NCBI RefSeq assembly: GCF_009834535.1
Contig: NC_045696.1
Span: forward strand, 58,406,001-58,470,000
Reading direction: 5' to 3'
DNA: 64,000 bases
Source: Camelus ferus
Taxonomy: Eukaryota
Position 1 is the stretch's first letter, and the number at the start of each line of letters is the position of its first letter. This document shows positions 1 to 11,289 of the stretch, piece by piece. The notes beneath the pieces were generated by a model, which saw only the letters and a list, made by a program, of their open reading frames with translations, ran no database searches and was not told the origin of the DNA. Made by a program: the position numbers and the translations under genes.

Positions 1-239
1 TGGGTGACCAAGATACTGATAGGAACAGGCACAGTGAATCTTGGGTAGTGAGGAGGAGTAAATCAAACCCTTGATAGTCTCTCTCTGTCTTGTTCCTCGT
101 ACCAGTTTATCCAAAGTATAATGCTTGATTTGATGCTTTAGACACTTTGAAATATCCCAGCTGGAGCAGATGTTAACACTTCCTTCCCGTTAAAGCTTTT
201 GTTTTGGTGGACACTCAAGATCTATTTGTGTGCGTGCCA

Positions 240-640
240 GGAAACCCAGAATGATGGTGCCTTACAAAGGTTGTTTATTTCACTCACATAGAAGCCTTGA
301 AAGGGGTGTTCCAGGGCCAGTGTATCCCTCTGCAATATCACGGACCCAGGTACCTTCTATCTGATACTCCACATCTTTAGCAAGTCCTTCTACCTCATTG
401 TCTTAAGGTGGCTGCTTGAGTTCCAGCCATCTTTCCAAATTGTAGCTGGCAGGAAGGAGGAGGGTACTAAGAAGACTCTTATCAGAAGTCTGTTAAGTAT
501 AGTTCCTAAAAGTTGCCTCATAACACTTCTTTTTACATTCCAGGGGCTGGAATTTAATCACATGGCCACACTTGCTGCAAGGGAGACTTAAGAGGTTTGG
601 CTTAGTGTGGGTGGCCACATGCCCAGGGCAACTCAAAAGT
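240..640. mobile_element. MaLR (MLT1-type) solo LTR relic
   Basis: Motifs ggacccagg..ccttctatct, aaggtggctgc..gagttccagccatc and cacatggccacac.tgctgcaagggagact are recalled MLT1 features. Confidence 0.6.
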
Positions 641-1729
641 TTCTTCACAAGTGTAATTTACTTAGCGGTACTTCTCTGGTAGTGGTCATGAGAACAGGTT
701 TGCAAAATATCACAGTTGGAAAGGAGTTTGGAAATCACTTTCAACCTCTTCATTTTACGGAGAAAGAAACAGAGAAGGAGAAATGGCTTGTCCACGGTCA
801 CACAGCCAGTCAGTATCAAAACCAGCACAAAACTTGGGTTTCTGACTCTTGCTACCAAACTTCCAGCTCTAAATACTCAGCCAGCTGGAGTTCCCTGACC
901 TCAGGTTCAGGTCATCTGTTTTTAACCTTATTCCTGGATCCCTTTACCACCAGCTCCTAAGAGTCTAGATTGAGATCCTGACATTTCAAAACTATTTTGA
1001 GCAAAATGTGGGCTACACTAAATTAAACCAGTTTCTTCACAGCTCCCAACATAAGAAGGATATCTTTTTTCAGGTGACAGAGCAAAAAAGGTCAAGTCCC
1101 ACCTCCGCCCTTTTTCTTAAATGTTAGATTTCTGTCCTCAACTCTTCTTCCTTCAGCAAGTTGCTTTTGCATAATTGCATACCTCTAGCTGCATGATCTG
1201 CATTGAACAGTGAGTCTAAAATGACAGGCAGGCTCCTGGCTATCGAGAATGTGAGGATGCTGGCACACGCCCCAGAGATCTGGAGCTTTTTAAAGCTGAG
1301 GGTGTAATGTGGCAATTACTGTTCTCCCTGTTATTTTCCAGAATTGTACGACTCTTCAGCTCCAGCCTGGTGGTGATGGTGAGTGAGGTTAAGTGAAGAG
1401 AGAGGAGCTTGTGTGTACGGGGTGCTAGAGAGTGAGAGTGAGAGTGAGGCAGAAAGGAGCTGGGCCCCTGCACCCACCTGATTAATAGCAGATCTGGGCT
1501 ACCTGCCCCAGGGCCTTGAGAAGGGGGCCAACTGACAGGGTGCTCTGGGCCTGCAGGAAGCAGAGGATTAGTGTAAATCCCTGCTGAGACCATCTTTGTC
1601 AGGGGATTTTGGAAGATTTGTGCTTTGATGGGTCTAGACTGGGAAGGAGGTGCTCTAGGGAAGGTGGTCCCCTTGGATTGCTGCAAGTCCAGGGAGCTTG
1701 TGGGGTGGAGAGAGGCAGACCACCTCTGG

Positions 1730-1885
1730 CCAGGACCTGGGAGGCCTGAGCTCTAGTCCTAGCTCTGTGACTGACCTACTGTGTGACTTTGGTAAGTTAA
1801 CCTCTCTGAGCCTCAGTTTCTTCATCTGTAGGATGAGGCTTATGCCCACTCATCAGGTTATTGTGAGAGGCAAATGGGCACAAAA
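1730..1885 (+). mobile_element. MIR SINE
   Basis: ctgtgtgactttggtaagttaacctctctgagcctcagtttcttcatctgta is the MIR core. Confidence 0.8.
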
Positions 1886-2114
1886 CCTGGAAGGACCATC
1901 CTCCATGTGGTGCGTGGCCTGTTGGTCTGGGTCGCTGTGCAGATGGGTGATTAGTCTTGTTTTGAGGCTGGATGTGTATACGTGCACATTTCTTCCTGCC
2001 TGGATGTGCTGTTTTGCCTGATTGCAGGCAGGGCCCTGGAGAGGAAAAGGTGGTGCCCGTTTTACTGTTGTCCTTGCTCTATCTGTGATTTGTCTCCTTA
2101 ATAGTACTCCTACA

Positions 2115-2355
2115 GATAATTATGATTATTATGTGCTTCTGTGTGCCAAGCGTTATGTTAGGTTCTCTGTGTACTTTTTCCCCCTCATTTAATCCTCAGC
2201 CAACCCCGTAAGGCAGGTATCAGTATTACCGTCTCCACTTCACAGGCAGGAAAATGGCCCTCTGAAGGCTCATAACATCTGAGATCATCTTGCTGTAAGT
2301 GATGGTGCCTGGGTTTGACCCGAGGTCTGTCTGACTTCGGCAGCAGTGCTCTTTC
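2115..2355 (-). mobile_element. MIR SINE
   Basis: tttaatcctcagccaaccccgtaaggcaggtat...gggtttgacccgaggtctgtctgactt (antisense MIR). Confidence 0.7.
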
Positions 2356-5300
2356 TATGGTGTCTGAGGGGTGGGCAAAACCATAGAGGGAGGGGATGAG
2401 GGTGGGCTTCTAGGCTAGAGGGTTGTTTGGCGGATCCTGAAACGAGCAGGGACCTGCTAGGGGGTCACTGCAGGGAGTCTGGAAAGTGAGGAGAGAAGCC
2501 AGTGCCCTCTGCCCCATGGCCTCCAGCTGTGGTGGAGGGTGAGGCTAAGGACTTCTGTGCCAGGTACCCTGGGTGCTGCTGGGCTCTGGAGAGCGCCTTG
2601 TACTCTGATGGGGGAAGGGACTTGGGGTGCAGGGAGCTGCTACTCTGATGGAGGGGCCTGGTACTCTGAGGCAGGTGTTGTACTGTGGCAGGGGTTGGGG
2701 GCTGGGAGGACTGGTACTCTGATGGGGGGCACTGGCTGGCTGATGCAGGCAGGACCTGGCGTTGTGGACCTGTGTTTCCCAGCAGGAGGAGGAGGGATCC
2801 GTCCTTCCCAGCAGTGTTCTACTCTGCACCCGGGGAGGGTTTTATGGGTCTCATCCCAGCCCACGGGGGCTGCTCAGCCCTGATGTAAATACTTTTAAGG
2901 CTGGGGGTTGGTAAAAGAAAGCAGTTATTGTGGGGGAAGTCAGAAGGAGTTTGCATGGTGAACAAAGGGGATTTTTTTCTCTCCTCTATCTCCCAAGCGA
3001 AAAGACTTAGAATGTAAAGATCCTGCTAAACCCAGTTCCACAGCTGGCACAGAAGGTGCCTGGCTTCCTTCTCAAACACTGCCCTCTCCCTGCTGCGGGC
3101 TTGACACAGCAGAGAATTTGTGCATCATTAACGTTGTTATTGTTGCCTTAGTTATTGTCATCAGGGTTTGTGGGTTGTGACTTATGGAGTCTGCTTGGCA
3201 AGCTACCCAAGGCTCACTGGAGCTGTATCTTAAGGAAAGGAAGGAGTATGCACACTGGAAAGGTTGAAATAGACTGATGGGAAGGAGAAAAGAATGTTAA
3301 GTGGCTAGAGGAGAGTCCCCTGGGTTTAGGGGAGGGAGGAAATGGCCCCCCTCCCGGCTGCCCCTGTGGTTGCTTGCTAAGGTGTGGGTCTGTCTGGGGC
3401 AAGACACCGGGGCCTTTCCTTCCCTCCTCTCAGAGGTGCTAAACCGAGCATCTTAGCTCTTTGTGCGCTGAACCCCTTGGTTCCCCTGGATCTGCCTATC
3501 CCGACTATTTGCCTCTTGCTCCCAAATTTTCAAATCCTCTCCTGGCAAATCCTGCCCCTCCTGTGCCCACAAACATCCACACAGCTCTCCGTCTTCAGTG
3601 GAGACAGCTCATCTTTCTGTGCTCCTCCTGCACTGAGTGGGCTTCTCTCTGCAGCCTGGCTTCCGCCCCTGTCCCTGCACCCCCACCAGAATGCTCTCCT
3701 AGGAGACTTGGTGCTGCCCTTTCCCTGCAGCTCCGTCACCCGATTTTCTGTGTGTCTCCTCCCTGCTCCCTGTTGATGTGGCACCTCCCACCATCTTCCC
3801 GACCTTCCTCCTGGTCCTTCCTCCTCCTCAGCTGAGCAGTTCCCTTGTCTTCTCTCCTTGGACCCCGACCTCTGAGACTTAATTGACCTCAAGGCTCACT
3901 CCCAGCCTGGAGGATGCCTGCACTGGGGCATCGTCATGTCCACATGCCCACGCCTGAGCTTATTGGCACCTTCCTCAATGTAAGACAAAAGCCTCTTCTG
4001 CAGCTGCTGCTTCCCAGTACTTCCGTTTTTGGCTCTTGTTCTGTTCCCTGAGCCTGGAATCCTCCGGGTCATTTTAACCTCTTCTCTCTTCCTTCCTTGC
4101 TTACATATGAATAGCTGTTTAGTTCTGTTGCTTTTCCCTCGAGGACTGACGCATTTCTCTCCTTTGGGCAGCCACCCAGTGGGTCTCTCTACCTCCAGCC
4201 TCCCTGGAGGCTGCCCAGTCTGAGGTCACAGCCAGATGGGGCTCAAGTCTTGAGCCAGGTTTTCAAGATCCCCAGCGCCTGTCCCCACCCGCCCTTTCCC
4301 ATCATGTTCCAGCCCAGACCCTCCCTGACTGTTCCTTGGTCTGTCTGGTTTCTGTAGTCCCTTCTGGGTCTCCCAAGAGTTGCATGGACTCTGCCTTGTA
4401 ACATGCTCGCAGCAGGAGACCCCTGCAAAGGTCAGGAGTGTGGTAACCAGTGTGCTTGTCCTGCTTATTATGCTGGACAAACATTTCCTATGGGGTTGCA
4501 GGGGGCCAGGTGCTCCTAGTCTAGGGGGTGTGAGATAGGGATGGAGTGAGATAAGGAAGTGGACCCTCTACAAAGGGTTCTTAACCAGGCCGGCCACAGG
4601 CAGTGCCCAGTTTAAGCCCCAGTGTCAGTGTGTTTCTGGTAGAGCTGAGGTTCTCTGTTGTGTGAGGGTAAACACTGGGTCAGTGGCTTTGGTGGCTGGT
4701 TGGAATGTGGTTTGTTTACTCTGAGGGTGGCCTTTGGTTGGATGACCTGAGGGATTCTCTGGGCTTTCTAGGAAGGAAGCTGTGGATAAGCCCTGAGACT
4801 CGGTGCTCTTGTGGTTTCTGCTGTAGGCACTTTGCTGTCGCTTGGCCCAGCTGCAGGCTGCTGTGCTGCCCGGCAGGTGGGCACTGGGCCCGCCTGCCCG
4901 CCCTTCCCCTGCCCTTCTCCCCAGTCCATAAGCGTAGGTGCCGGTCTCCGGAGGGCTGCTCTGTGGGTTGGAGTCCAGAGGCACCGGGTAAAGGCAATTG
5001 TTTTTCTTAACTGGCCAGATTATTTGAGGATTAAAAACAGCAGTGTCAACACGTTTTTCCAATAGATTGTTTTCTTTTTTACCTTTACCCATGTGCATTG
5101 GGCTTTGGAGCTTTTAGTCTAAAGTCCATTAACTCCCCGGGAGCAGTGGAATAACATGTAGTAATAAGGTGGAAAGAACCTTTTGGTGAGCTCTCAAGAT
5201 GGGCTGCGTGGGAGCAGGGGGTCCTCGGGCATCGTGCACAGCCGTGCGGGGCCAGAATGAGGGAGAAATCATCCCTCCACCCTTCCCCCGATGGCTTTAC

Positions 5301-5419
5301 CCTGGGGAGAGGGAACCATTGAATTCCAATGGCAGATTATATTTAGAAACACTAGAATATGGCTACATTTCTCTTCTGCTGAGATAGAAATGTATATTAT
5401 ATATTACAGATACTATTAG

Positions 5420-5695
5420 AATGCTTTATGATTTATAAGGCGTGTTCGATAAGTTACCCCATTTCATCCTCACAGCCATCCCACAAGGGAGGTAGCATTA
5501 TCTCCATGTCAGATGGGAAGCACTAAGCCTCCAGGAGGCTGAGTGATGTCCGAGCATCTTAACTATTGAGTGGTGGAGCTCAGACTCAATGCAACACCCT
5601 GGCTACAAAGAGGAAGTGGCCAGAGAGAGCCTGGTTTCAGATCTGGCTCTGCTTCTTATTAGCTGGGTGACTTTGGTCAGATTATTTAACTGATC
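5420..5695. mobile_element. Two adjacent MIR fragments in opposite orientation
   Basis: atttcatcctcacagccatcccacaagggaggtagcattatctccat (minus), then tggctctgcttcttattagctgggtgactttggtcagattatttaac (plus). Confidence 0.6.
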
Positions 5696-5869
5696 AATAT
5701 GAACAAGCATATCAGATCATCTATGGTCTGTTTTGCCACTTTTTATTGCCCACATTCCTCCATAGCCCACTGTCCTTGCCCCGTTCTGGGCTGGTTGCTG
5801 TGTAGGGTGCGGGACAGCTGTTCTGGGACTTCCCTTCACTGTCAACATGGTACTTCTTGCTTCTCTCCT

Positions 5870-7010
5870 ATGTTGGGTCCTTTGTTTCCTAGGCTCCATG
5901 CCTTTCTCTCCCTCTGTCTCTTTTTAAATGTTTTAGTAGGACACAAGTTCCAGTAGCTTACTGTTCACATCTGAGATCATAAGTCTGTTTGAGTAAATCT
6001 CTACTCACAATTGACAGGTAGTTTGGTTATTGAGTTCTGATTGGAAATCACATTGTTTGAGTGTTGCGGAGGCAGCGCATCACTGTCTTTCTGGTGTGAT
6101 GAGCAGTCTTGTGCCAATTCTGACTCTGATCTTTTGTATGTGGTTTCTTTTTTTCTTTGAAATGTTCAGAATCTCCTCTTTGCCAGCAGTGAGCTGAAAA
6201 TTTTCAGTTCTGTACTTTGGTGAGAGTGTTTTTAAATTCATGCTGCTGGGCCTTCTCACCTGGAAACTCACATCCCTTCAGTTCTGGGATATTGTCCTGA
6301 ATTATTTCCTTGATAATTTCTTTTCCTCTGTTGCCTTCATTTTCTGTAGTTCCTTTAATTTTGCTCGTGTGCTAAATGGATGCACTTTCTTCTTTTTATC
6401 CTGTTTTTTATTTCTTTTTTTTTCCCCTTGGATCCATGTATTTTTTTTAAACATTTTTTTTAATTGAGTTATAGTCATTTTACAATGTTGTGTCAAATTC
6501 CAGTGTAGAGCACAATTTTTCAGTTATACATGAACATACATACATTCATTGTCACATTCTCTTTCTCTGTGAGCCACCACAAGATCCTGAATATATTTCC
6601 CTGTGCTACACAGTACAATCTTGTTTATCTATTCTACATTTTGATTGATTTTTTTGTAGGAGTTTTTTTCGATTCTACTTTCAACCCTATTGAAATTTTT
6701 TATTCCTTTGAGTGTTTTACTTTCTAAGAGATTTTCCTCATTCTCTTTGTCTATTCCTTTCTCGTAGTGTTCTATTCCTGTTTTATGGATGTACCGATTT
6801 CTTTCTCTGAGAATAGTAATTATAGTTTCGTTGTTTTCTTCTGTCCTTTTTTTTTTTTCTTTTCAGTTTCATGTTTCCATTAGTTTGTTTTCACCTCTGT
6901 CTTTTGTGTTGAGGGCTTCCCTCAGATATCTGGTGAACCTTTGCTATCTGTCTGCATTGAAGAGCGCGGCATATCATGTGGGTCAGACTCTGTGGGTGTG
7001 GGCAGGGGAT
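5870..7010 (-). mobile_element. Old, degenerate L1 fragment (interrupted by a younger L1 3' end)
   Basis: T-rich antisense L1-like sequence (ggaaatcacatt...cactgtctttctgg...ctgtactttggtgagagtg...ttgataatttcttttcctc). Subfamily not assignable by eye. Confidence 0.6.
6441..6642 (-). mobile_element. 5'-truncated young L1 3' UTR fragment
   Basis: Poly-T then attgagttatagtcattttacaatgttgtgtcaaattccagtgtagagcac...tttccctgtgctacacagta, typical of artiodactyl/camelid L1 3' ends. Confidence 0.85.
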
Positions 7011-7831
7011 GGAGGGCACTTGTTCCCTGGGAGGGCCTGACAGTGGGTGTTTGAGTGGAAACCTTGCCATTGCATTGGAGGATTCTCCAAATCCCTGTCT
7101 TTAGGTTGTTTTTCTTGTGCTCCTCAGTTAACCTAGAGAAAAATCCTGCTTGGGGAAATAAGACTGGTAAAATTCTGGAACAGGGAAGAGGGATGCTGAG
7201 GTCCAGGGCTTAGAGGGGGGATGGGTGATCTCAAAGTGATCTCAAGGTTCAGTTTGTTCCTATGCCCTCCCACCTCTGCCGGTGTCTCCCAGCAGAGCTT
7301 TTCTTATTCAGTCTCTTAAGGTAGTAACTGTGAGGCAGAAGGCTGTAGGCCAGCTGTGGGCTGGGTGAGGGGATCTGCTGGGTGGCAGCTCTTGTTCAGA
7401 CATTTAACCCCATGCCCCTCGCTCCTGCTTTCAGCCCACCCCTCATGTTGCCTGCAGAGGTGCCTAGACCCTCCAGGGCCCAAGGTTTTAGGGTTTACTG
7501 TGGGAGAATTGTCTTGTTTCTTGTTGGCTGCTCTCCTGAGTTCATTGGCTGAGTGGGGAAAGCAGAAAAAGTGGAAGACCTCTCACCATCCATTCCCATC
7601 CTAAATGGGACCACATTAAGAGGTACTTCTCTGTGGATTTGGGGCTTTGGCACTCCTGGGTGGGATGGAGTTTTCACAATTACTCCAGTGCGTGGCATTT
7701 GGGTGCAATGTAGGGTTACAGAGAGTGACCTCCCAGAGAGGTCTTGATTAAAAGGGTGGCTAGTACATCTGTGCAACAGGCTTGTGTATCTGTGCAGTCC
7801 ATCCGACCTCATAAATGTCCATGAAGAGAGT

Positions 7832-7958
7832 GGGGAGGGTAATAGCTTAGTGGCAGAGCACATGCTTACAATGCAAGAGGTCCTGGGTTCAATCCCTCAG
7901 TACCTCCACTTAAAGAAAAAAAAAAAAAAAGGAAAAACAAAACAAAACAAAACAAAAA
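7832..7958 (+). mobile_element. tRNA-Ala-derived SINE (camelid vic-1-type) with A-rich/(AAAAC)n tail
   Basis: ggggagggtaatagcttagtggcagagc...gaggtcctgggttcaatccc.cagtacctcca followed by poly-A; degenerate TSD (aaatgtccatgaaga / aaaagtgcatgaaga). Confidence 0.9.
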
Positions 7959-8186
7959 GTGCATGAAGAAGAAGGGTGAGCTGAACTGGGCCAGGAGGAG
8001 CTCCGGGGGGCAGGGTGATTTGGAAAGGGGACTAGGTGAAAGGCAGGTGTAGGGCTGTGAGAAGGGTGGGGGTGCCCATATCCCTCCCAAGTAAACTGTG
8101 CCTGGAGGCAGCACATCTGGGGCTCCCCTTCTTCCTCAGCCCGGCCGGGACCTGGGACTCACAGGCCTTGGCTCCTTGATCCCCAG

Positions 8187-8313
8187 GTGGTCCTGCCGAC
8201 GCTGCTGTCCTCCATACAGTTCTCCTCGCTCATCGAGAGAATCTCTGACGCCAAGGACTTGAAAAAACTTCTCAGGACCCGGAATAACGTACTGGTGCTT
8301 TACTCCAAATCTG
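8187..8313 (+). CDS. PDIA5: PDIA5 exon 2 (127 nt): VVLPTLLSSIQFSSLIERISDAKDLKKLLRTRNNVLVLYSKS
   Basis: Acceptor ccttgatccccag|GTG, donor CTG|gtgagt; phase 0 to 1; translation matches the PDIA5 N-terminus. Confidence 0.96.
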
Positions 8314-11201
8314 GTGAGTGGTCCTCCTGGCCTTGGGGCGATTGTCAGGGATGTGGTGGATGAAGGGGAAGGAATCGGGGCAGAGGTGGAAGGTGGAGAC
8401 CTCAGGACTAGAAACCACTCAGGGAGGGTCCGAGGGACATATGGCTTCTCAGCTTTCCTTAGAATACATTGGCAGAGGCATGGAGGGGCATTAATTCTGT
8501 TGCTTTTGGACCCTAAGAGGTCATTTCAGTTCCCTTTTACCAAAATTTCTTAGGAAAAGCCCTCTGGAGTCCCTTGGAACCTCAAGAGGGAGAGGACATG
8601 TGTGTGAAGGAGGATAGGGGACAGTGACCACCAGGGATGGATGCTCTGCTTCTGGACAGGCACGACCAGCCCTGCCAGGGCATGCTTCACCAGAGCTGTT
8701 GATTAATTGACTGGGCTGGCCTATTGCCAGCTGAATTGGTCCCAGGCTTGGAAGTACACACCCAGGCTGGCAACCCTAGCCCTGCCTGGCCCCCATCTGT
8801 CCCACTCTGGGGTCAGAATACAAGACTGAGTTTGGAGTGGGCTCCATACTCGGACAAGGCAGCTTCAGTCGGGGTGGGAGTAGCCGTTTGCCTCTTCTGA
8901 CCTCGAGGCTGGCGAGGGCATCATAGATGGAGAGAGGTTTGCTCAGCTCTTGGCCACAACTTTGAACATCTAACTGTTGATGCTGTTTCAGCAGAGTTAA
9001 GTGTTTTTGCTGCTCTCAAGGATGCCAAGTGTTCTGCGCCCTAAGAAGCAATAGCCAGTGGCTGGGCCGGTTCCGGGCACAGCTCTCCCCGGCAGCTAAT
9101 CCTTGGCACTCACCGGCACCAGGGGCTGATGGATGTTCTGGACGTGTGTACCTCCTGAAGCCTGCATCCTCCAGGCACCCGGGCACATGCTACTCTTTGC
9201 CCTTCTGAGGGCCTGGTGCACACCCCCTGGGGTTTTTTTTGGGAGCCCAGCGTGTGACTAGCATTCCTCTGCTGTTGGGAATGGGCGGAACTGAGGCAGG
9301 GGAGAAGCAGAGTTGCTCCTGAAGCTGGGAGTCTAAGGCCCCGAATGAGCATGGCTCAGCCCCCTTGGATGCTCCTGGAGCTGGGCAGTTGTCATTCCCA
9401 CCCAGGAACACACTCACTTCCTTCTCTGGACGAGTCCCTCATACATGCTCATCTTCTCAGAAGGACTCTGCCAGGAGCTGCTGTAATACACTCCTATTTG
9501 CCACTTTCCCATGAGGGTGGCAGTGCAGGCTGTCAGGTAACGTCCAGTTTACAGAGGAGGACGTTGAAGCAAAGGGAGCATAACTGACTGGTCTGAGGTT
9601 TACCAGCCAGTGGATGGTAGAGCTGGTCCCTCTGCCACGTCTGCCTGGCTTCCTCTGCTGGACGGCCCGAAGAAGTGTGCTAATTCTGTGATGACCAGAG
9701 GATTGGGGAAAGTAGAGCGGGGAAGGCGAAGTATCCTTATGGGGGCTTGCAGGGTGAGAGCGGGGCTGGGAGCTCTCTCTTCTCTGCCTGTGGATAGTGG
9801 AGCTCCTAGTGCTCCTGGAGTACCTAGCTCCTCCCTGCTTCGGACCACTGGGTGCGGACTTGGGTGATGATTTTACTTTCCTGCCTCTTGCCCAGGCCTG
9901 CTCCTGCGCCTGGCGACCTCCAGTGGCTTTGGGAGCAGCGCAGTAACTGTATTCTCTCCCCTCCCTGCCTCCCTCCTTCCAAGCAGTGCCTCCTCACCCA
10001 CAGCTGAAATGCAGGGTTGGGGAGGGGGCTTCACATGGCTCTACTCTAGTTTCCCTCCCCCACCTCCCAGAGCCCAGTCTGAAGGGTGGAGGATGGCCTT
10101 TCCCACCTGGCTGTGCCCCCTCCTCCTGTTGGTCTGGGGGGGCTTCCTGGGAGGGCATTCTTCAGGTGGCTCTGTGCAAGTTTGAAGGATGCTTTCCATT
10201 CGCTCCATGAAAGGCTCAGCATGCTTTGTGTTCACACACAACTACCATTATCCACACTAGAAAAGGAGATCTGAGGAGGCAAGTCATTCAGATGTCATTC
10301 CTGCTTGGCTTTGAGATGCATCCATGTGGTTTCCAGCAGGGAAAGGCATCCGCCTCTTCTCCCCACAGTGTCTGCGTGGAGGCCCTTTCCAGGGAGCTCA
10401 CAGGGGTGACGGGGGAAGGTGACAGCCTAGCCACAGCTCGCCTGCAGTGGACCGCTGCCGGCTGGCAGTGTGGAAATCCTGGCCGCAGAGGCTCCGTAAG
10501 AGCCTGTCCTCCTACAGTAGTTTTCCAGGGCTCTGCCCCGACACCTCTTCCTTCCTTATGTCTGGTCCCCCTGGCCCCGAGGCGTAGTCCACTGTCCTGC
10601 AGTTGATCTCCAGTCAGGGCTGCCTCTTCCCCTGTCCCTTCTGGGGAAGTGGGCTGTGAAAGTGACTTGGGTACACTTAGCATCAGTCCATCGGAGACGA
10701 GTGTCACCTGTAAACCTCATTTACTCACATTGCACCAAGCCCCTGGGAGAGTGTGTGATGCACAAATGAAGGCAGGGTCTGGTACCCGCCTTGTCTGCTC
10801 CCAGGACAGACGAGTGTGGAATCAGCAAACTCGTTCCCTGCTTTAGTTACAGAATCGTAATTGCTCGGTTATAGAATTTTCAAAATGTGTCCCAAAAAGG
10901 TAATGAGTCGGAGATTCTACTGGGAGTTGAGGCTCTGGCTGAGAGATTGTTGGAATAGTGCAGTGTGGCTTGAAGGAGGGGTGAGGGGGTTCTGTGTCTG
11001 TGAGGGTGGCGGGAGCAGGGGCTTCTGAGAAGAGCTGGGCTGTCCTCACAGAGCTGTTGCTCCCAGGGACGATGTTCTGACCGGTGCTCAAGACCTCATC
11101 CCTGGGACTGGTCTCCATCCTTCCTTGCCCCTGAGGGAAGATGGCAGGGGTAGCCCTGGTGTGTTTGGGTACAGATGCTTAATTTTTTTGCATTTTTACA
11201 G

Positions 11202-11289
11202 AGGCTGCCGCTGAAAGTCATCTCAGATTACTGTCTACTGTGGCCCAGGCCGTGAAAGGACAAGGCACCATCTGCTGGGTAGACTGTGG
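11202..11289 (+). CDS. PDIA5: PDIA5 exon 3 (88 nt): EAAAESHLRLLSTVAQAVKGQGTICWVDCG
   Basis: Acceptor catttttacag|AG, donor TGG|gtatgt; phase 1 to 2; in frame with exons 2 and 4. Confidence 0.96.
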
